In this document: positions 49,691-62,570 of the stretch, piece by piece
How positions within the stretch are numbered: the stretch's first letter is position 1
How the letters are laid out: every line of letters begins with the position of its first letter
NCBI GenBank assembly: GCA_038087875.1
Contig: CM075990.1
Coordinates: forward strand, 15,130,001-15,194,000
Length of the DNA stretch: 64,000 nucleotides
Direction: 5' to 3'
Source of the DNA: Malacoraja senta
Taxonomy: Eukaryota
Notes under the pieces: model-generated
Databases searched by the model: none
What the model was told of the DNA's origin: nothing
The model's input: the letters and a program-made list of their open reading frames with translations, nothing else
Position numbers and translations under genes: made by a program

Positions 49691-49936
49691 AGAGCCTGTC
49701 CCATTTGAGCATCACCGAGGTGGCGAGCGAAGATTTTGTGAATCCCAAAATCCTGGGGCGCCGCGCATGACCGCTCGTCCCTGCCTACACCACCACGTCT
49801 CACCACGCGCCATGCACGCGTCACGTGACCGTCACGGCGCACGCATGACGTGTAAATGATGTCGCATCGTGCGTCATGACACGTAAATGATGTCGCGTAA
49901 ATGACGCGCAAATAACGCCCAAGTGGGACAGGCCCT
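49691..49936. mobile_element. PIF/Harbinger-like MITE
   Basis: TIR AGAGCCTGTCCCATTT / AAGTGGGACAGGCCCT with TAA TSD on both sides; CpG-rich interior. Confidence 0.85.
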
Positions 49937-50544
49937 TAATGCTCAAGTGTTTAGAAGTGAGTGAGCACGTTTTGTTATTCATAAATGGGACAAATTGGAA
50001 ACAATTGAGTGATTCATCATTCCCTCTGCTGATGGAACTTTTTTTTCCAAAATGTTAATTCTTTGTTCGTGTTTTGAATGTTGCCTGTTATTATGGGAAA
50101 ACATAAATGAAGCCCCAGTGATAATATCTGAAGTACCTGCAATGGAAATTACACTGACAGCTTGTACCATCTCTATCAAATTGGTTAGATTTGCAGACTG
50201 AGCAGAGAGTTGGAATTTGCAACTAACTTTAAAATAAGATTATTCATACTTAACATATGCAAATGTGGGGAAGGAGAGAAAGACAAACCATTGATTGTTC
50301 ACAGTTTGTGAATGCCCTGTTTGTACAGATGGATATTTGAGATGTTTCCAGAGAGGGAATGTACATCTTTCAATAGTAGAAAGTTTAGGCAAAACATTGA
50401 ATACTTAACACAATGCACAGCACCAGAAGATGGCCTGGGTGATTCCTGTGGCATAGGAGGGAGGGACTGGGCACACTTGCGGCAAGTACGGCAGTCCGGA
50501 GAGCACCTCACACCTCACATCTGATGACCGAGTCTTTTACTCAG

Positions 50545-50825
50545 TTGGAGAATCAAAAAGGAGGGGACATATGTCTAAGGTGAGAGGGGCAAGATTTAAC
50601 ATCTTTCTGAGGGGCAACATTTTCCACATAATGGGTGATGGATATATGGAATGAGCTGCCAGAGAAGGTAGCTGAGGCAGGTACTATAAGAGTATTTAAA
50701 AGACACGGAAAGATTTAGAGGGATATGGACCAAACGCAGGGAAAATGAGACCAACTTAGATGGTTCATCTTGGTCATGGGCGAGTTGGGCCAAAGGGCCT
50801 GTTTCCATGATGTATGACACGATGA
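50545..50825 (+). mobile_element. CR1-like 3' fragment
   Basis: Same 3' UTR type as 9265-9470, 17200-17415 and 36700-36968. Confidence 0.7.
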
Positions 50826-52053
50826 CAACATTGGCTTTTCTTTATCATTATTCTATACTTGTAAGTGTAGTAATTTTATTTTGAGCATGTTTTTGCACAG
50901 CACTTTTTGAAGGTGCATTTGTGCGAATGTATTCAAAGTGAGCAGACTTCTTCTGATACTCTTTCAATATCTTTCCCCCCCACAAAAAAAAATGTCCACC
51001 CATCTGCTCTTTGCTTGCAGTAACGGTGTTGTTTTTGTTCAGCTGCCTAGTGGGACAGTCTTAAGTTACTGCTCCTCTGAACTTTTCAACCTTCATTTTA
51101 CTAAGCTGTTAAAGTTTTGATCCTGTACTCTGTTCATGCTCCCAACAGTATTAAAATTGAGTTCTCCAACTCATCAGTTGCTCCAAAATGTGGAACCCTT
51201 TAACTCTTTTCGCTCTAATCTTGAGCCTGTTAAAAACAGTCCCAGGTTGCCTTATAACTCTTCCTCCCATTTCATTCAATGAAGCTTAACAACTTCACAC
51301 GAGCCTTGCCTTTAATCTTGCCTTTTATGAAAATAAATGTTTCATTGGCACCAATTCAGTTGTATCAATAGTGTTCAAATTATTCTCTTGTAAATGCCTT
51401 GCGAAATTGGCAGTTATTTCAAATTTCTGCAATTTTGCAACTCATATTTGCCAAAGTATCATTTCCACAATGACATTTTCTTTTTCAGTCTTATTACACA
51501 TCACATTTCTGACACGTATAAAAAACATTGAACAAATTGGCATGGTTAGGGGTAAATCATTTGACAAACCACTCTAGACAGAATCGCCAAATGGTGTAAT
51601 CATTTTACATGCTGCATAGATAGTAAATGCAAAGGAAAAAAAATGTGATTGAAGTATTTAACTAGCTTTGTGAAATACAATGATTTCAATTGTATTAATT
51701 GTTTCAGAGTGCCTTGGGCTTTCCAACAGAATAAGATGCAGACAAATGAGATATTTTGAGTCTTTTTCATTGACTTTCTGCTCATCAGGATTACAGTGAC
51801 TTGGTCTGTTTGTCGCTAAGTGATTGTTAGATTTGCTGTCATCTTTCTTAATTTACAATTCTCATTAGTTTCTGGATTTGCGTCACAGGCAATATTTTGA
51901 TAGATTGCATTTTGTGTTTTATTTTGATCTTCTAGTTGTGACTAACTACATGATCCTCTCCATCTTGCAGCCAGCCACCCACCATACTGGTACGTGTAGA
52001 TCATGAGATCAGAAGGGATAGGAGTAGTAGGCCATTCGGCCCATCAAGTCTAC

Positions 52054-52408
52054 TGGGTTGGGGACTGGACATTGTGCCTTCCCCCACAGTGGTGGTCATT
52101 GTGGGGGGATGATTTTGTGTGCTGTGCCTGTGCCTGTCAGTCCATGTACAAGATGGCGGTCGGAGGGGAGAGTGGACGCTGGCGCGAATTGGTCGCCGCT
52201 GCTCTCTCCTCAAACTTGTGTTTCTTATTTTCTTTTGGTGCTTTTGAAATTGAATTCTGTCCTTGATTTGTGTACTGTGGTGTTTTTTTATTTAATTTAT
52301 TCTGATTATGTGTTTTTTTGTTTTGTTGTGATTCTATGCATTGTAAGGTGTCCTTGGGTTTTAGAAAGGCGCCAGTAAATAAAATGATTATTATTATTAT
52401 TATTATTA
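52054..52408 (+). mobile_element. L2-tailed short retroposon nested in a minus-strand CR1 end (52010-52535)
   Basis: Tail TGTAAGGTGTCCTTG...GAAAGGCGCC..TAAATAAAATG(ATT)n; CR1 sequence is contiguous across it. Confidence 0.65.
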
Positions 52409-52904
52409 CTCCGCCATTCAATCATGGCTGATCTATCTCTCTCTCCTAACCCCATTCTCCTGCCTTTTCCCTGTAACCTCTGACAAATGTACCAATCAAA
52501 AATCTATCTACCTATGCCTTAAAAATATCCACTGAACCACTTACCATTTAGAACATAATCACATAATTCTACATCAGATAAAGTGTAAGGTAATGTAAAA
52601 TAATTTATTCTTAATGTAGTTCAAGAATCAAGTGGTTAATTGTCAAATATACCGGCAACAGAATAATGAAATTCTTACTTGCTGCAGTTTTACACGCCCA
52701 ATAACATTCATACACAAATAAATATATAATGATTGATAACACAATAAATTAATAACTGAGTAACCAGACTCTAATAGTGCAACCAAAACAAAGTCCAAAG
52801 TAGGTCAAAGTTGCTGAGGTAGGATTGCAGTTTGAGGGAATATTGATGAAAAGTGTTGTAGTCATTCTGTGGTTCAGGTGGCATCATGGAACAACATGCA
52901 CAGG

Positions 52905-53046
52905 CAACATTTCGGGTTGGGACCCTTCTTCAGAGGAGGGGTCCTGACGTGAAATGTTGCATGTCCATATTCTCCAGAGATGCTTCCTGACCTGCTCTAG
53001 CACTTTGAGTTATTTTTGTAAACCAGCATCTGCAGATCCTTGTGTC
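52905..53046. mobile_element. Short fold-back PLE-derived element
   Basis: GGCAACATTTCGGG..GACCCTTCTTCAG followed by GGGTCC.GAC..GAAATGTTGC and the family tail. Confidence 0.7.
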
Positions 53047-54024
53047 CATGGGAATATTGACATCATATTCAACTTCTGAAACAGCAGAGCATGGTGATAC
53101 AGAAGAAAGGCCCCTTGATCTTACAAAAGTCGCGCCTTGCAAAGTACGGGTGATTTTACTCGTTGCCAAATAATTGTTAGTGACCATTTCAAGTGCAAGT
53201 GAGTTTAATGTCAAGTTCAATTTTTGCACGTGGCTCAAAATAGAGACTTTTCACAGTCTATTTCATTGGCAACCAACGTGGAATATTCAACAAATTGATA
53301 TGGATGTTGTTTTTGAAGTTTAGAATGATTGACGTATTCTTCCAGCTGAATCAGCTGTAAGCAATAAAGGAATGCAAGAGAGTTGTTGAAACTGCTGTTG
53401 GCTATGTCTTGCTGTTCATTCAGAGCATGTTCTTGAGTTCATCTTGGAACTCTGGGGATTAACAGCCAGATGCTGCAGATCTAATGACCTTCATAAAATG
53501 GAGGTGGTGATTCATTGTTGCTTCCAGCAATTCATCAGAGACCTTAGCTTGTGGGCCAGCAGCTTTAGATATACAAAAGATCATCGCCTCTGACAATGTC
53601 ATCAGATGACATATTGACAAGCAGGTCATAAGCCTCGTGAGCGTGGTGCAAGTTAGGTTTGGAAATCCGAGAATCAGTAGGTTTAAGCAGAGTGACATGA
53701 ACCTGCAGAAGATTATTGAGATGTATCTAGCCACGGGGCCTATCATCTCTGCTGTAACGCTGTGAGGAGAGGAATTGCCTCTGAGCCTACATGTGTGATC
53801 AGAGAATGGTGTGTTTTCTATGGGATTGAGCACAGTGTCACGCATCAATGGATGTTACTAAAAGTTGGTCTCCATTTCCATGTGGTTTTGATCTCTCTCA
53901 TTCTCTTTCTCCACTCTCTTAACATTATCACTTTTTTTTTCTGAAAATGTATACATTTTTTCTTGCCATTGATCATCTGCAGTTGATCTGCTTGCATTCC
54001 AGCATCACATTTCTTCATGTTTAT

Positions 54025-54440
54025 AAGTCATTGGAGCAGAATTAGGCCATTGGGCCCATCAGGTATACTCAGCCATTCAATCATGGCTGATCTATCTTTC
54101 CCTCTCTTGCCTTCTCCCCATAACCCTTGACACCCGTGCTAATCAAGAATCTGTCCATCACTGCCTTAAAAAAAAACTAATGACGGCCTCCACAGCCTCT
54201 GTGAGAATGAATTCCACAGATTCATCACCCTCTGACATAACAAATTCCTCCTTATCTCCTTTTTTAAAGGTGTGTCCTTTTATTCTGAGGCTTTGCCCTC
54301 TGGTCCTAGACTTCCACTCGTGGAAACATCCTCTCCATGTCCACCCTATCCAGGCCTTTCGCGACTCAATAGGTTTCAATGAGGTCCCCCCGTTATCCTT
54401 CTAAACTCCAGCAAGTGCAGGCCCAGTGCCGTGAAATGGT
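54025..54440 (-). mobile_element. CR1-like 3' fragment
   Basis: Minus translation contains SRTRGQSLRIKGHTFK. Confidence 0.8.
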
Positions 54441-54839
54441 CACAGTTTATGATATTCCTTTAACATCAATCCTCCGTTAGTTTGCACCCACAGTAATGGG
54501 AATGCAGTGGTATCATTGTCCCATTTGGAAGATGTCCTTGCAACTTGTAACTTTATTATTTCAACCAGCTTTGTGTTTGATGGCTTATCTTCTTTTCTTA
54601 CATTGGCAGTTCTTCAGTATTGAGGAGGGCTTGCTTACATCTCAGCTCTGAAGGCTCTGAGGCAGTTGTTGAAGCCATTATGGGAACTGCAGACATGGTT
54701 AGGGGTGTTTGGGAGGTGGTACTCTCTGCCTATCATTTACAATGGGCTTTGATCACTTTTAATGCAACAACAACGATTCTCAGTGCCCTTTTTGCATGCT
54801 CTTTCTCCACCTTGGGGTTCACTGGTGGTTTTCTTAATT

Positions 54840-55590
54840 ATAATCATAATCATAATCATACTTTATTAGCCAAGTATGTTTTGCAGCATATGAGGAATTT
54901 GATTTGCCATAACAATAAAAAGAACAAGACACACAAAATACATTGGAACATAAACATCCACCACAGTGACTCCCCCACATTCCTCACTGTGATGGAAGGC
55001 CAAAAAAAAGTTCAATCTCTTCCCTTCTTTGTCCTCCCGCGGTTGGGGGGCTCAAGCCTTCCGTTGACAGGACGATCTTGGCTCCCGTAGTTGGCAGTCG
55101 GGCCCTCCGTGTCGGGGCGATCAAGCTCCCGCATGGGGGGGGATCTCAGCTCCCCGCGCCGGGCGATCGGAACCCGGGTCGGGGCTAGTTGAACGTCCTG
55201 CGACTTTGGAGCTTCCCGACATCAGTCGCTACCTGAGACTGCGAGCTCCTCGATGGTGAAATCCACAGGCTGCAGTTGGAGCGTCGATCCCAGGCAATGG
55301 TAAGTCCACGGCCCCGCGGTGCGGCTCAAAGTTAGTCTCGAGCAAGGCCGCCAGCTCCAGGATGTTGGGCTGCAGAGCGACCGGAGACACGATCTGGAAA
55401 ACAATCGCATCTCCGGCAAGGTAAGAGATTGAAAAAAAAAATTCCCCCAACCCCCTCCCCCACCCCCCACACAAAAACAAACCAGAGAACATTAACGCAA
55501 ACTTTTTAAAACACACTAAAAATAACAAAAAAGACGAAAAGACAGACAGACCGTTGGCGAGACTGCCATCGCTGATGGCGCCCCCCAGTT
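54840..55590 (-). mobile_element. Non-autonomous retroposon, longest copy in the window
   Basis: GC-rich body starting GGGGGGCGCCATCAGCGATGGC on minus; ends GGCTAATAAAGT(ATGATT)n. Second copy at 37570. Confidence 0.7.
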
Positions 55591-56679
55591 TTCCACTCCA
55601 AATAAACCTGCACACTTTAAGGGGCAACACCTACCTCTCTAACTCTGGCGTCCACTGTCCACCTACGTCCCAAATCCATACCTACCCTAGCTCTGCTGAA
55701 CCAACCTTTGCCTCTGCTCCTCCAGGGTAAAGGAGTTATTTCTCCACAACTTTCCACAGTTCTCAGTAGCCAGACCTTGCCTGACATGTCAAGCACCCCA
55801 ATCCTCTATCCAGATCTCAGGCTATTGGTCCCTATTTTGATCCGAGCTCATTCTTCCACTAAGTGATCCCTCTTCCACTTCCTGCCTAATGTTCTCTCTT
55901 CTGATTCCTTCTCAATAACAATCTCTATGAACCCTGTCTTTATCAATGCAACTCTCAGGTCTATAAATACTCCATCCCTTTGCAAATTGGCCCATTGCAC
56001 ACTCCGCAGTGGCAAAATCCATACTGGAAGACCTCTCCTTTGGTAGGAATAGGTAAGGCCTACTCACTAGTGGACAACACCTGAATTTGCCAACGGCAAT
56101 CCTCGAATCAAAATGTTCATTGACCCATCATGTGTCAACCGTGCAATATGTCCAATGAGTTGCCATTCAATACTTAGTAATGGAGGAGTGAACCAATGGA
56201 GATCTTTGCTTGTAACTGTATTGGTTTGCAATATATTACATGGTCAACTTCAACATGTTTATGATTAATTGTACCAAGAGGATTCTGGTCCTTTGGTTCC
56301 AACTTCATCAATGATGATAAAACATCAATGTCAATAGCATTGCGATATTGATTCCATCATGCCTTCAGCAAGGAGCTGTAGATACCATTAGCTTGTGAGT
56401 CAGATCATTGTAATCCTGGATCACCTTTACGTGTTGCTGGATGATCAGTCGAGGAGTGAGCAGGCACTGGAGAGGTACTGGGATAGAGGGAGCATCAAAA
56501 ATGAGTTATGAAAGGAAACTGTGGTGGTTTTGTATGAAATAAACCTAAATGTACAGGTTATCCCGCCTCCCTGTGGCCAATGCAAAGTGTTGTGTTGCTA
56601 TATCCTCTATTTCTTGTTGAGAAAAGAACAGTAAAGGGCCCACTCTGTCCAGTGTTGATTCAATGGTCAAATCCATTAT

Positions 56680-56813
56680 TTTGAAGAAGGCTCTTGACCC
56701 GAAACTTCACCCATTCCTTCTTTCCAGAGATGCTGCCTGTCCCGCTGAGTTACTCCAATGATCTTTTTGTGTCTATCTTCGGTTTATACCAGCATCTGCA
56801 GTTCCTTCCGACA
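56680..56813 (+). mobile_element. Single-arm hammerhead-motif mini-element
   Basis: 12 bp TSD CAAATCCATTAT (56668-56679, 56814-56825). Confidence 0.85.
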
Positions 56814-56867
56814 CAAATCCATTATGTCATTGGATTTACACCCACACGTCATAAAACAGGATCCTGT

Positions 56868-57016
56868 TCTCTCCATATCACCGTCTACATCTCTCGTTTC
56901 CCATTCCCCTGAATCTCAGTCTGAAGAAGAGTCTCGACCCGAAACGTCACCCATTCCTTTTCTCCAGAGATGCTGTCTGACTCGCTGTGTTATTCCAGCT
57001 TTTTGTGTCTATCTTC
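56868..57016 (+). mobile_element. PLE 3' UTR fragment with hammerhead motif (subfamily B)
   Basis: CTGAAGAAGAGTCTCGACCCGAAACGTCACC at 56921-56951. Flanked by GGATCCTGT repeats. Confidence 0.8.
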
Positions 57017-59469
57017 GGATCCTGTCACATACAGGAGATAAAATTGCAATTGGAATCATGATGAAGCAGGTAGACCTCTGCTTTGTTAGTCTTCCTGTCC
57101 ATTTTAAACACCTGCTTTCCCGTATTCCGACAGTGAGGGAGATTGAAATCAACGGCTTCAAGTGAGAAAGCGCCATATGAAACATCAAGCCTGTTTGTTT
57201 CAGAAACCTTGTAAAATCCACCGAATCCTGGTTTCAGACAATCCATTTCTTCTTGAGCTGAGATTCAAGAAAGTTTCAAGCAAAGCTGCAGAATACCTAG
57301 AATAAGACAAGAATACCTATTTTTGTTTATATCCCGCTTGATGCGTCTTTGAACACTTGTGTTCCTTGATGTGACATTTTGATGGAACCAGCACCTCAGA
57401 ATTACCATGTTCCATATAGCATGTGGTTATCTGCTAAAACATGAAAAATGAATGCTCTTCCTCTCTGGTTCAGCTGCTCACAAATGTTCATCATTCATAC
57501 AACCTGCGGCAAGAGAAATTGGGTAAAAAGCCGAGCCTAAGTGATGCTTATGTCATAAGTAATAGGAGCAGAAATAGGTCATTCGGCCCATCAGGTCTAC
57601 TCCATCATGGCCCATCAAGTCTACTCTACATGGCTGGTGTATCTCTCCCTCCTAACCCCCATTCTCCTGCCTTCTCCCCATAACCCTGCTTTATCAAATC
57701 AACATATTCAACCACTTGGCTTCCTTTGTATTATCTGTTTAATCTGCCCTGATAGATTTAATTGACGTGATCATTTGTGTCTGGAGGTCCTCTTCTTTAT
57801 ATTTGATATATTGTCGGTAATTGTCCCAGGTTAGGTTTCTGCATGATCTTGGGGTAAAGTGGGCAAATATTTCACTTTTTTTTCCCTCTACGTTCATTTA
57901 ACAAATTCAAATAATCCTTCACGACATTGACAAGTTTTGCAGAAATATGTTTTTTTTTTAAATCTGGTTGATGGGAACTATGACATGTTTCTCCAACATA
58001 AAAATGAGTTGGAAAGAGCATTCTGTGAAAATAAGTATATATCACAAATGGCAGCCCAGAACAGCACACAGTATTTCATGCTCACTGAATAGAAGCACAA
58101 GAAAAAATATTTGGTACGAAAATAGCAATTCTAGCGTAGACAAAAATGCTTAATATGTACAAAAAAAAGATGCCTGTATGGTTCGTGACAAATATTCTCA
58201 GTGCCAGAATGCACATTTTGTCTTATTCTGCCCTTTAGGTTAGTTTAATTAATACCAGTAGGCAGCATTGATTTTCATGTCTACTAGTTAGGATCTCTGG
58301 GAATCCCAAAGGTCATCTGTACACTGTGCTGTCTTTTGCCACCTTGTTGTACGGAGGACATTAGTTACATCTCCCACTGTTGCAGATGGCCTGTGAATAA
58401 AGACATCAAGTTAATAGGCAGGATGACAAGCAGCCCTGGTGTCTGCTGCTCTGCTGGTGTAAGTGGCAGGTCAGCACTGATTTCAATACATTAGAGACCC
58501 AGGATCTTCAGTTTTTGAGGTTCAGAAAGCAACACTGATGGGAATACACACAGCCGCACCAGCATACGAGTCGAATAAATGAAAGATGTATTTACAGTGC
58601 CTCTTGTTCCCATATTGTTAGTCACATCTGACTACAATGTGCATAAACAACCATGCTTAAGAGAGTTCTGTTGTTTTCCAAATTTATGCTTATTTTCAGA
58701 AAGGGATTGCTGTCACAATAAACATCAAGATTAAAATGTACTGCCGAGGTAGTATGTTTTATTACTTTCACTCATGGACCTTAATGGCTTCTCCTGGGTC
58801 TTGAGAAATTTCTTCAAGGGCTCTTGTCTTGTTTTGTTCAGAGATGTTGCTTTCTTACAAAGAATCATTCATTAGCAAAGCCTCTCAATAATCAGTGCAG
58901 TTGCCCAAGGTGACTGAACATTATCTCTGCAATCATCTGATAACGTAGTAATGTGTGTGGTAGACTGCATGGAGATAGCTATCACAAGCAAGTGTTTATG
59001 TGTTTCACTTTGCACTCTTTTCACTGCAGTTGTTGAAGATAATTTGCTCTGGATAAAAGCCTGATCTACCACCCACATGTCGCACAGCCCTCCTGACTGC
59101 CAGCTTTATTTCTGCCTTTGATCTCCTAATCTGTAATTTGTTGGATAAAGCACAAGTCTGAACTTGTTAAAAATGTGCTGGCAATTATATAATTGCACTG
59201 TGGCGATGTGGCGGGGACAAAATCAATAAACCGCTTCTCTTTCCCGTAATGGAGGAATAAAACTCATTCCCACTTTACGTCCGAGGAAGCAAGTCTTTGC
59301 TGAGATATCTATCACGTTCGTCGTAGTAAGTCTTTGCTGAGATGTCTATCGATTGCTCTCCAATGCCAACATTTTGGGGAAAGAATAAGCAGCACATTGT
59401 GAAGCCTCCGGTGTAGTAAAATATCCCAAGGTACTTCAGCAGTGTAACCAGGCCAGCCGCCCAGTTGCA

Positions 59470-59730
59470 AAGTGCTTAGGTTACTAGACTAGAAATCCAG
59501 AGGTCGAGACTAATAATGCAGGGACTTGGGTTTAAACTCCCACCAGGGTAGCTGGGGAATTTAAATTCATTTAATTAAATAACCAGGAATAACAACTCAA
59601 CCATCAATAATGAGTGGACTGTTGTAAAAATCTATTGGGCTCCCTTTTGTGAAGGGAACCTGCTGTCCTTGCGTGACTGACACGTAACTCCAGGTCCCCG
59701 ACAATACGTTTACTCCTCTGTGTGCAATTG
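59470..59730 (+). mobile_element. Old tRNA-derived SINE of a different family
   Basis: tRNA-like head (CTAGACTAG.AATCCAGAGG...GGGTTTAAACTCCCACCA) followed by GGAATTTAAATTCA and GAAGGGAACCTGC.GTCCTT motifs. Confidence 0.5.
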
Positions 59731-60145
59731 GGTAATATATACCCTCGAATAAATGAAAAATGAATGTCAAGATTTTTGCGTTTATATGTGGATGACAAAA
59801 TACAGAAGCCAATTAACCTACAAACCAACATTTATTCCCTGTTCCTTAATGTCATAGGGACATTGAGCACCTTAAAATGTTACCCACGAGGTTCTCAAAG
59901 TGTTATTAGTTAAGAGAAGTCAGGAAATCGACCACATGATAATGAAAGACCATGAAGTATTTCCAGAGTGAAAATCAAAAGTACTCAAAGGGTCGGGCAG
60001 CATCAATGGAAGGAAATGGACAGATATTTTTTGGGTCGGTACTCTGTTTCAGATTGATGGAGTTCTCTCTTCCACACTTAAGATCATGTCCTGACAGTCC
60101 CTCTTCTTAGGTCTATAGATTCAGAGGACATTTTCCTATTATAAC

Positions 60146-60390
60146 GGGCGGTCACGGTGGCGCAGCGGTAGAGTTGCTGCCTTACAGCAAAATGCAGCGC
60201 CAGAGTCCCGGGTTCGATCCCGACTACGGGTGCTGTCTGTATGGAGTTTGTACGTTCTGTGTGATCTGCGTGGGTTTTCTCCGAGATCTTCGGTTTTCTC
60301 CCACACTCCAAAGACGTACAGATATGTATGTAGGTTAATTGACTTGATTAATTGGCTTGATAAATGTAAAAATTGTCCAGTATAAAATTG
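60146..60390 (+). mobile_element. HE1/V-SINE, 3'-truncated
   Basis: A and B boxes and V-domain. Confidence 0.85.
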
Positions 60391-60480
60391 TCCAATGCTG
60401 AGTGATGCTTTACCTGGAGCTTTTCGGCCACTGCATCCAGATCCAGAATATTTAATATACTTCTCCTTGGCTCTACATAC

Positions 60481-60858
60481 CAAAGATCACTCCTGCTAAA
60501 TGCAATGGGCTGACGTGTAACACGCAACGAAACGGAACGTGGGCCTTTTTTTCATCCATTTCCGTAACCGGACCCGACCCGACCCGACTCGCAGTGTAAT
60601 CAACGTTGCGGGGGAACAGTTTGTGTTAATAAATTAAAATTCTGAAAATGAAGAGAAGATTTTTACCAAATAACTTTTATTTTTACGAGGATGTTTCCGT
60701 AACCGGCTTCCGTCCCTGCACTATTATCCTATGGGATCTTTGGTGCAGAGACGGAAGCCGGTTACGGAAATGGGGCCTTAAATTACCCATGAATCTGCCC
60801 ATGACCGTACTACGTCTTTTTCGTCGAGTGGACTATCTTGCTCGCTATAGGATCTTTG
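60481..60858. mobile_element. Non-autonomous hAT-type element with internal palindrome
   Basis: Perfect 8 bp TSD CTACATAC (60473-60480, 60859-60866). TIR CAAAGATC / GATCTTTG. Confidence 0.85.
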
Positions 60859-61121
60859 CTACATACCACTTCACTTCTCCTTATCTGACACCCTTTTGTC
60901 TTATTTTCATCTCTTGCATTTGTCACTTACTCTGCCCATCTGCCTATGAAACATCCCCTGTGTGTCCACTTACCACTAGATTTTTATTCCCTGCCCACAC
61001 TTACTCGACTCCTGCACTTTGTGTTTTGTATAATATTTCTAAAACTGTATAAAACAATGTCTGCCGATCCACCCCTGCTTGTATTTCTCACATTTGATCT
61101 AAACAAGACTGCACAAGAATA

Positions 61122-61436
61122 GGGCAGCACGGTGGCGCAGCGGTAGATTCGCTGCCTTCCAGCACCAGAGGCCCAGGTTCGATCGGGACTACAGGCGCCG
61201 TTTGTACGGAGTTTGTACATTCTCCCCATGACCTGCATAGGTTTTTTTCCGGGAAGCTCCAGTTTCTTCCCACACTCAAAAGACGTGCATGTTTGTAGGT
61301 TAATTGGCTTGGTATAAGTGTAAATCGTCCCTAGTGTGTGTGTAGGATAGTGTTAATGTGCGGGGATCGCTGGTCAGCGCGGACTCGGTGGGCCGAAGGG
61401 CCGGTTTCTGAGCTGTATCTCTAAACTAAGCTAAAC
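61122..61436 (+). mobile_element. HE1/V-SINE, full length
   Basis: A and B boxes, V-domain, tail. Confidence 0.9.
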
Positions 61437-61475
61437 AGTGCTGCCCGGTGGAATAAGTTGTCAATGGTTTCATTT

Positions 61476-61914
61476 TTTAGAGATACAGAGCTGAAAAAGG
61501 CCCACCGACTCTGCGCCGACTAGCGATCCCCATACATTAACACTGTCCTACGCACACTAGGGACAATTTACACAGACACCAAGCCAATTAACCTACATAC
61601 CTGCACGTCTTTGGAGTGTGGGAGGAAACCGGAGATCTCGGAGAAAACCCACTCGGTCACGGGGGTCTCCCTGCTCTGTGCCAAGCAGAAAGTCATCACC
61701 AAGGTATTCATCAGTCACCTTCTGCCATCGTCTGAAGAGCTCCTTCCAAAATTCCAGCATGGGGTCCATCAATCGCAGGTCACAGTGGGTGTGATCTTCA
61801 GAATGTATAAACACCGTACATACAGCAACATACAGTAGTTGGGATCGAACCCGGGTCTCCGGCGCTGCAAGCGCTGTAAGGCAGCAACTCTAATACTGCG
61901 TCACCGTGCTGCCC
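61476..61914 (-). mobile_element. HE1/V-SINE containing a 140 bp foreign insert
   Basis: SINE is contiguous if 61662-61801 is removed. Confidence 0.88.
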
Positions 61915-62570
61915 ATATTCCTGAAGAAACAGGCGCTGTGGAGCTTGCCATGTTTCAAACCATTCGAAACCCACAGCTTGATGAAGGAGCTTGTTGGTGA
62001 AAGCAGCCGAAGTTAAACGTGATGGGTGATGTGTTCATCCATTTTACATCAACAAACCTATACACAAACCCATGTACTCACGGAAACATCAGGCAGTGAC
62101 TAATGTCGCTGAATCCAAGTTGCTCTTGACAAATGTAATGGCCTCAAACCCAAATTCAAGATAATCCCAGCGATGAAACGGATTATTTTGCTGGTTTTGT
62201 ATGTCAGGATAACTAATGTTCTCCAATGTTGAAGCTGGTAACGTGAATTAATGTTGCAGAAAACCCATCTGTTTGCTACAATGGCAACAATAATTCGCCT
62301 CAAACAAGGCTGCCGTAACAAAGGGAAATTATTCTAGCATCCTTCGGAGGATCATCATCTGTAAATAAGCTAGCAACAAGCTAAAGAAGGCTACATCAGA
62401 ATAGTTTGATCATAGAATTAGATTTTGAGGAGGAAGATTAGGAGGGAGCGATACATCAGCCATGATTGAGTGCCGTAGAGTTGATGGGCCGAATGGCCTA
62501 ATTGTACTGCTATTCCTTATGGCATGATCTTAAAATAGGAGAGATTAAAGCTCGGACTATGAACATCTAT

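Noticed and set aside
53440..53850. 129 aa ORF region as a processed pseudogene or exon
   Set aside because: No recognisable protein similarity or convincing splice context; possibly an old repeat that I cannot assign.
56680..57016. Tandem two-hammerhead retrozyme unit
   Set aside because: Each copy has its own flanking direct repeat, so they are two independent insertions.
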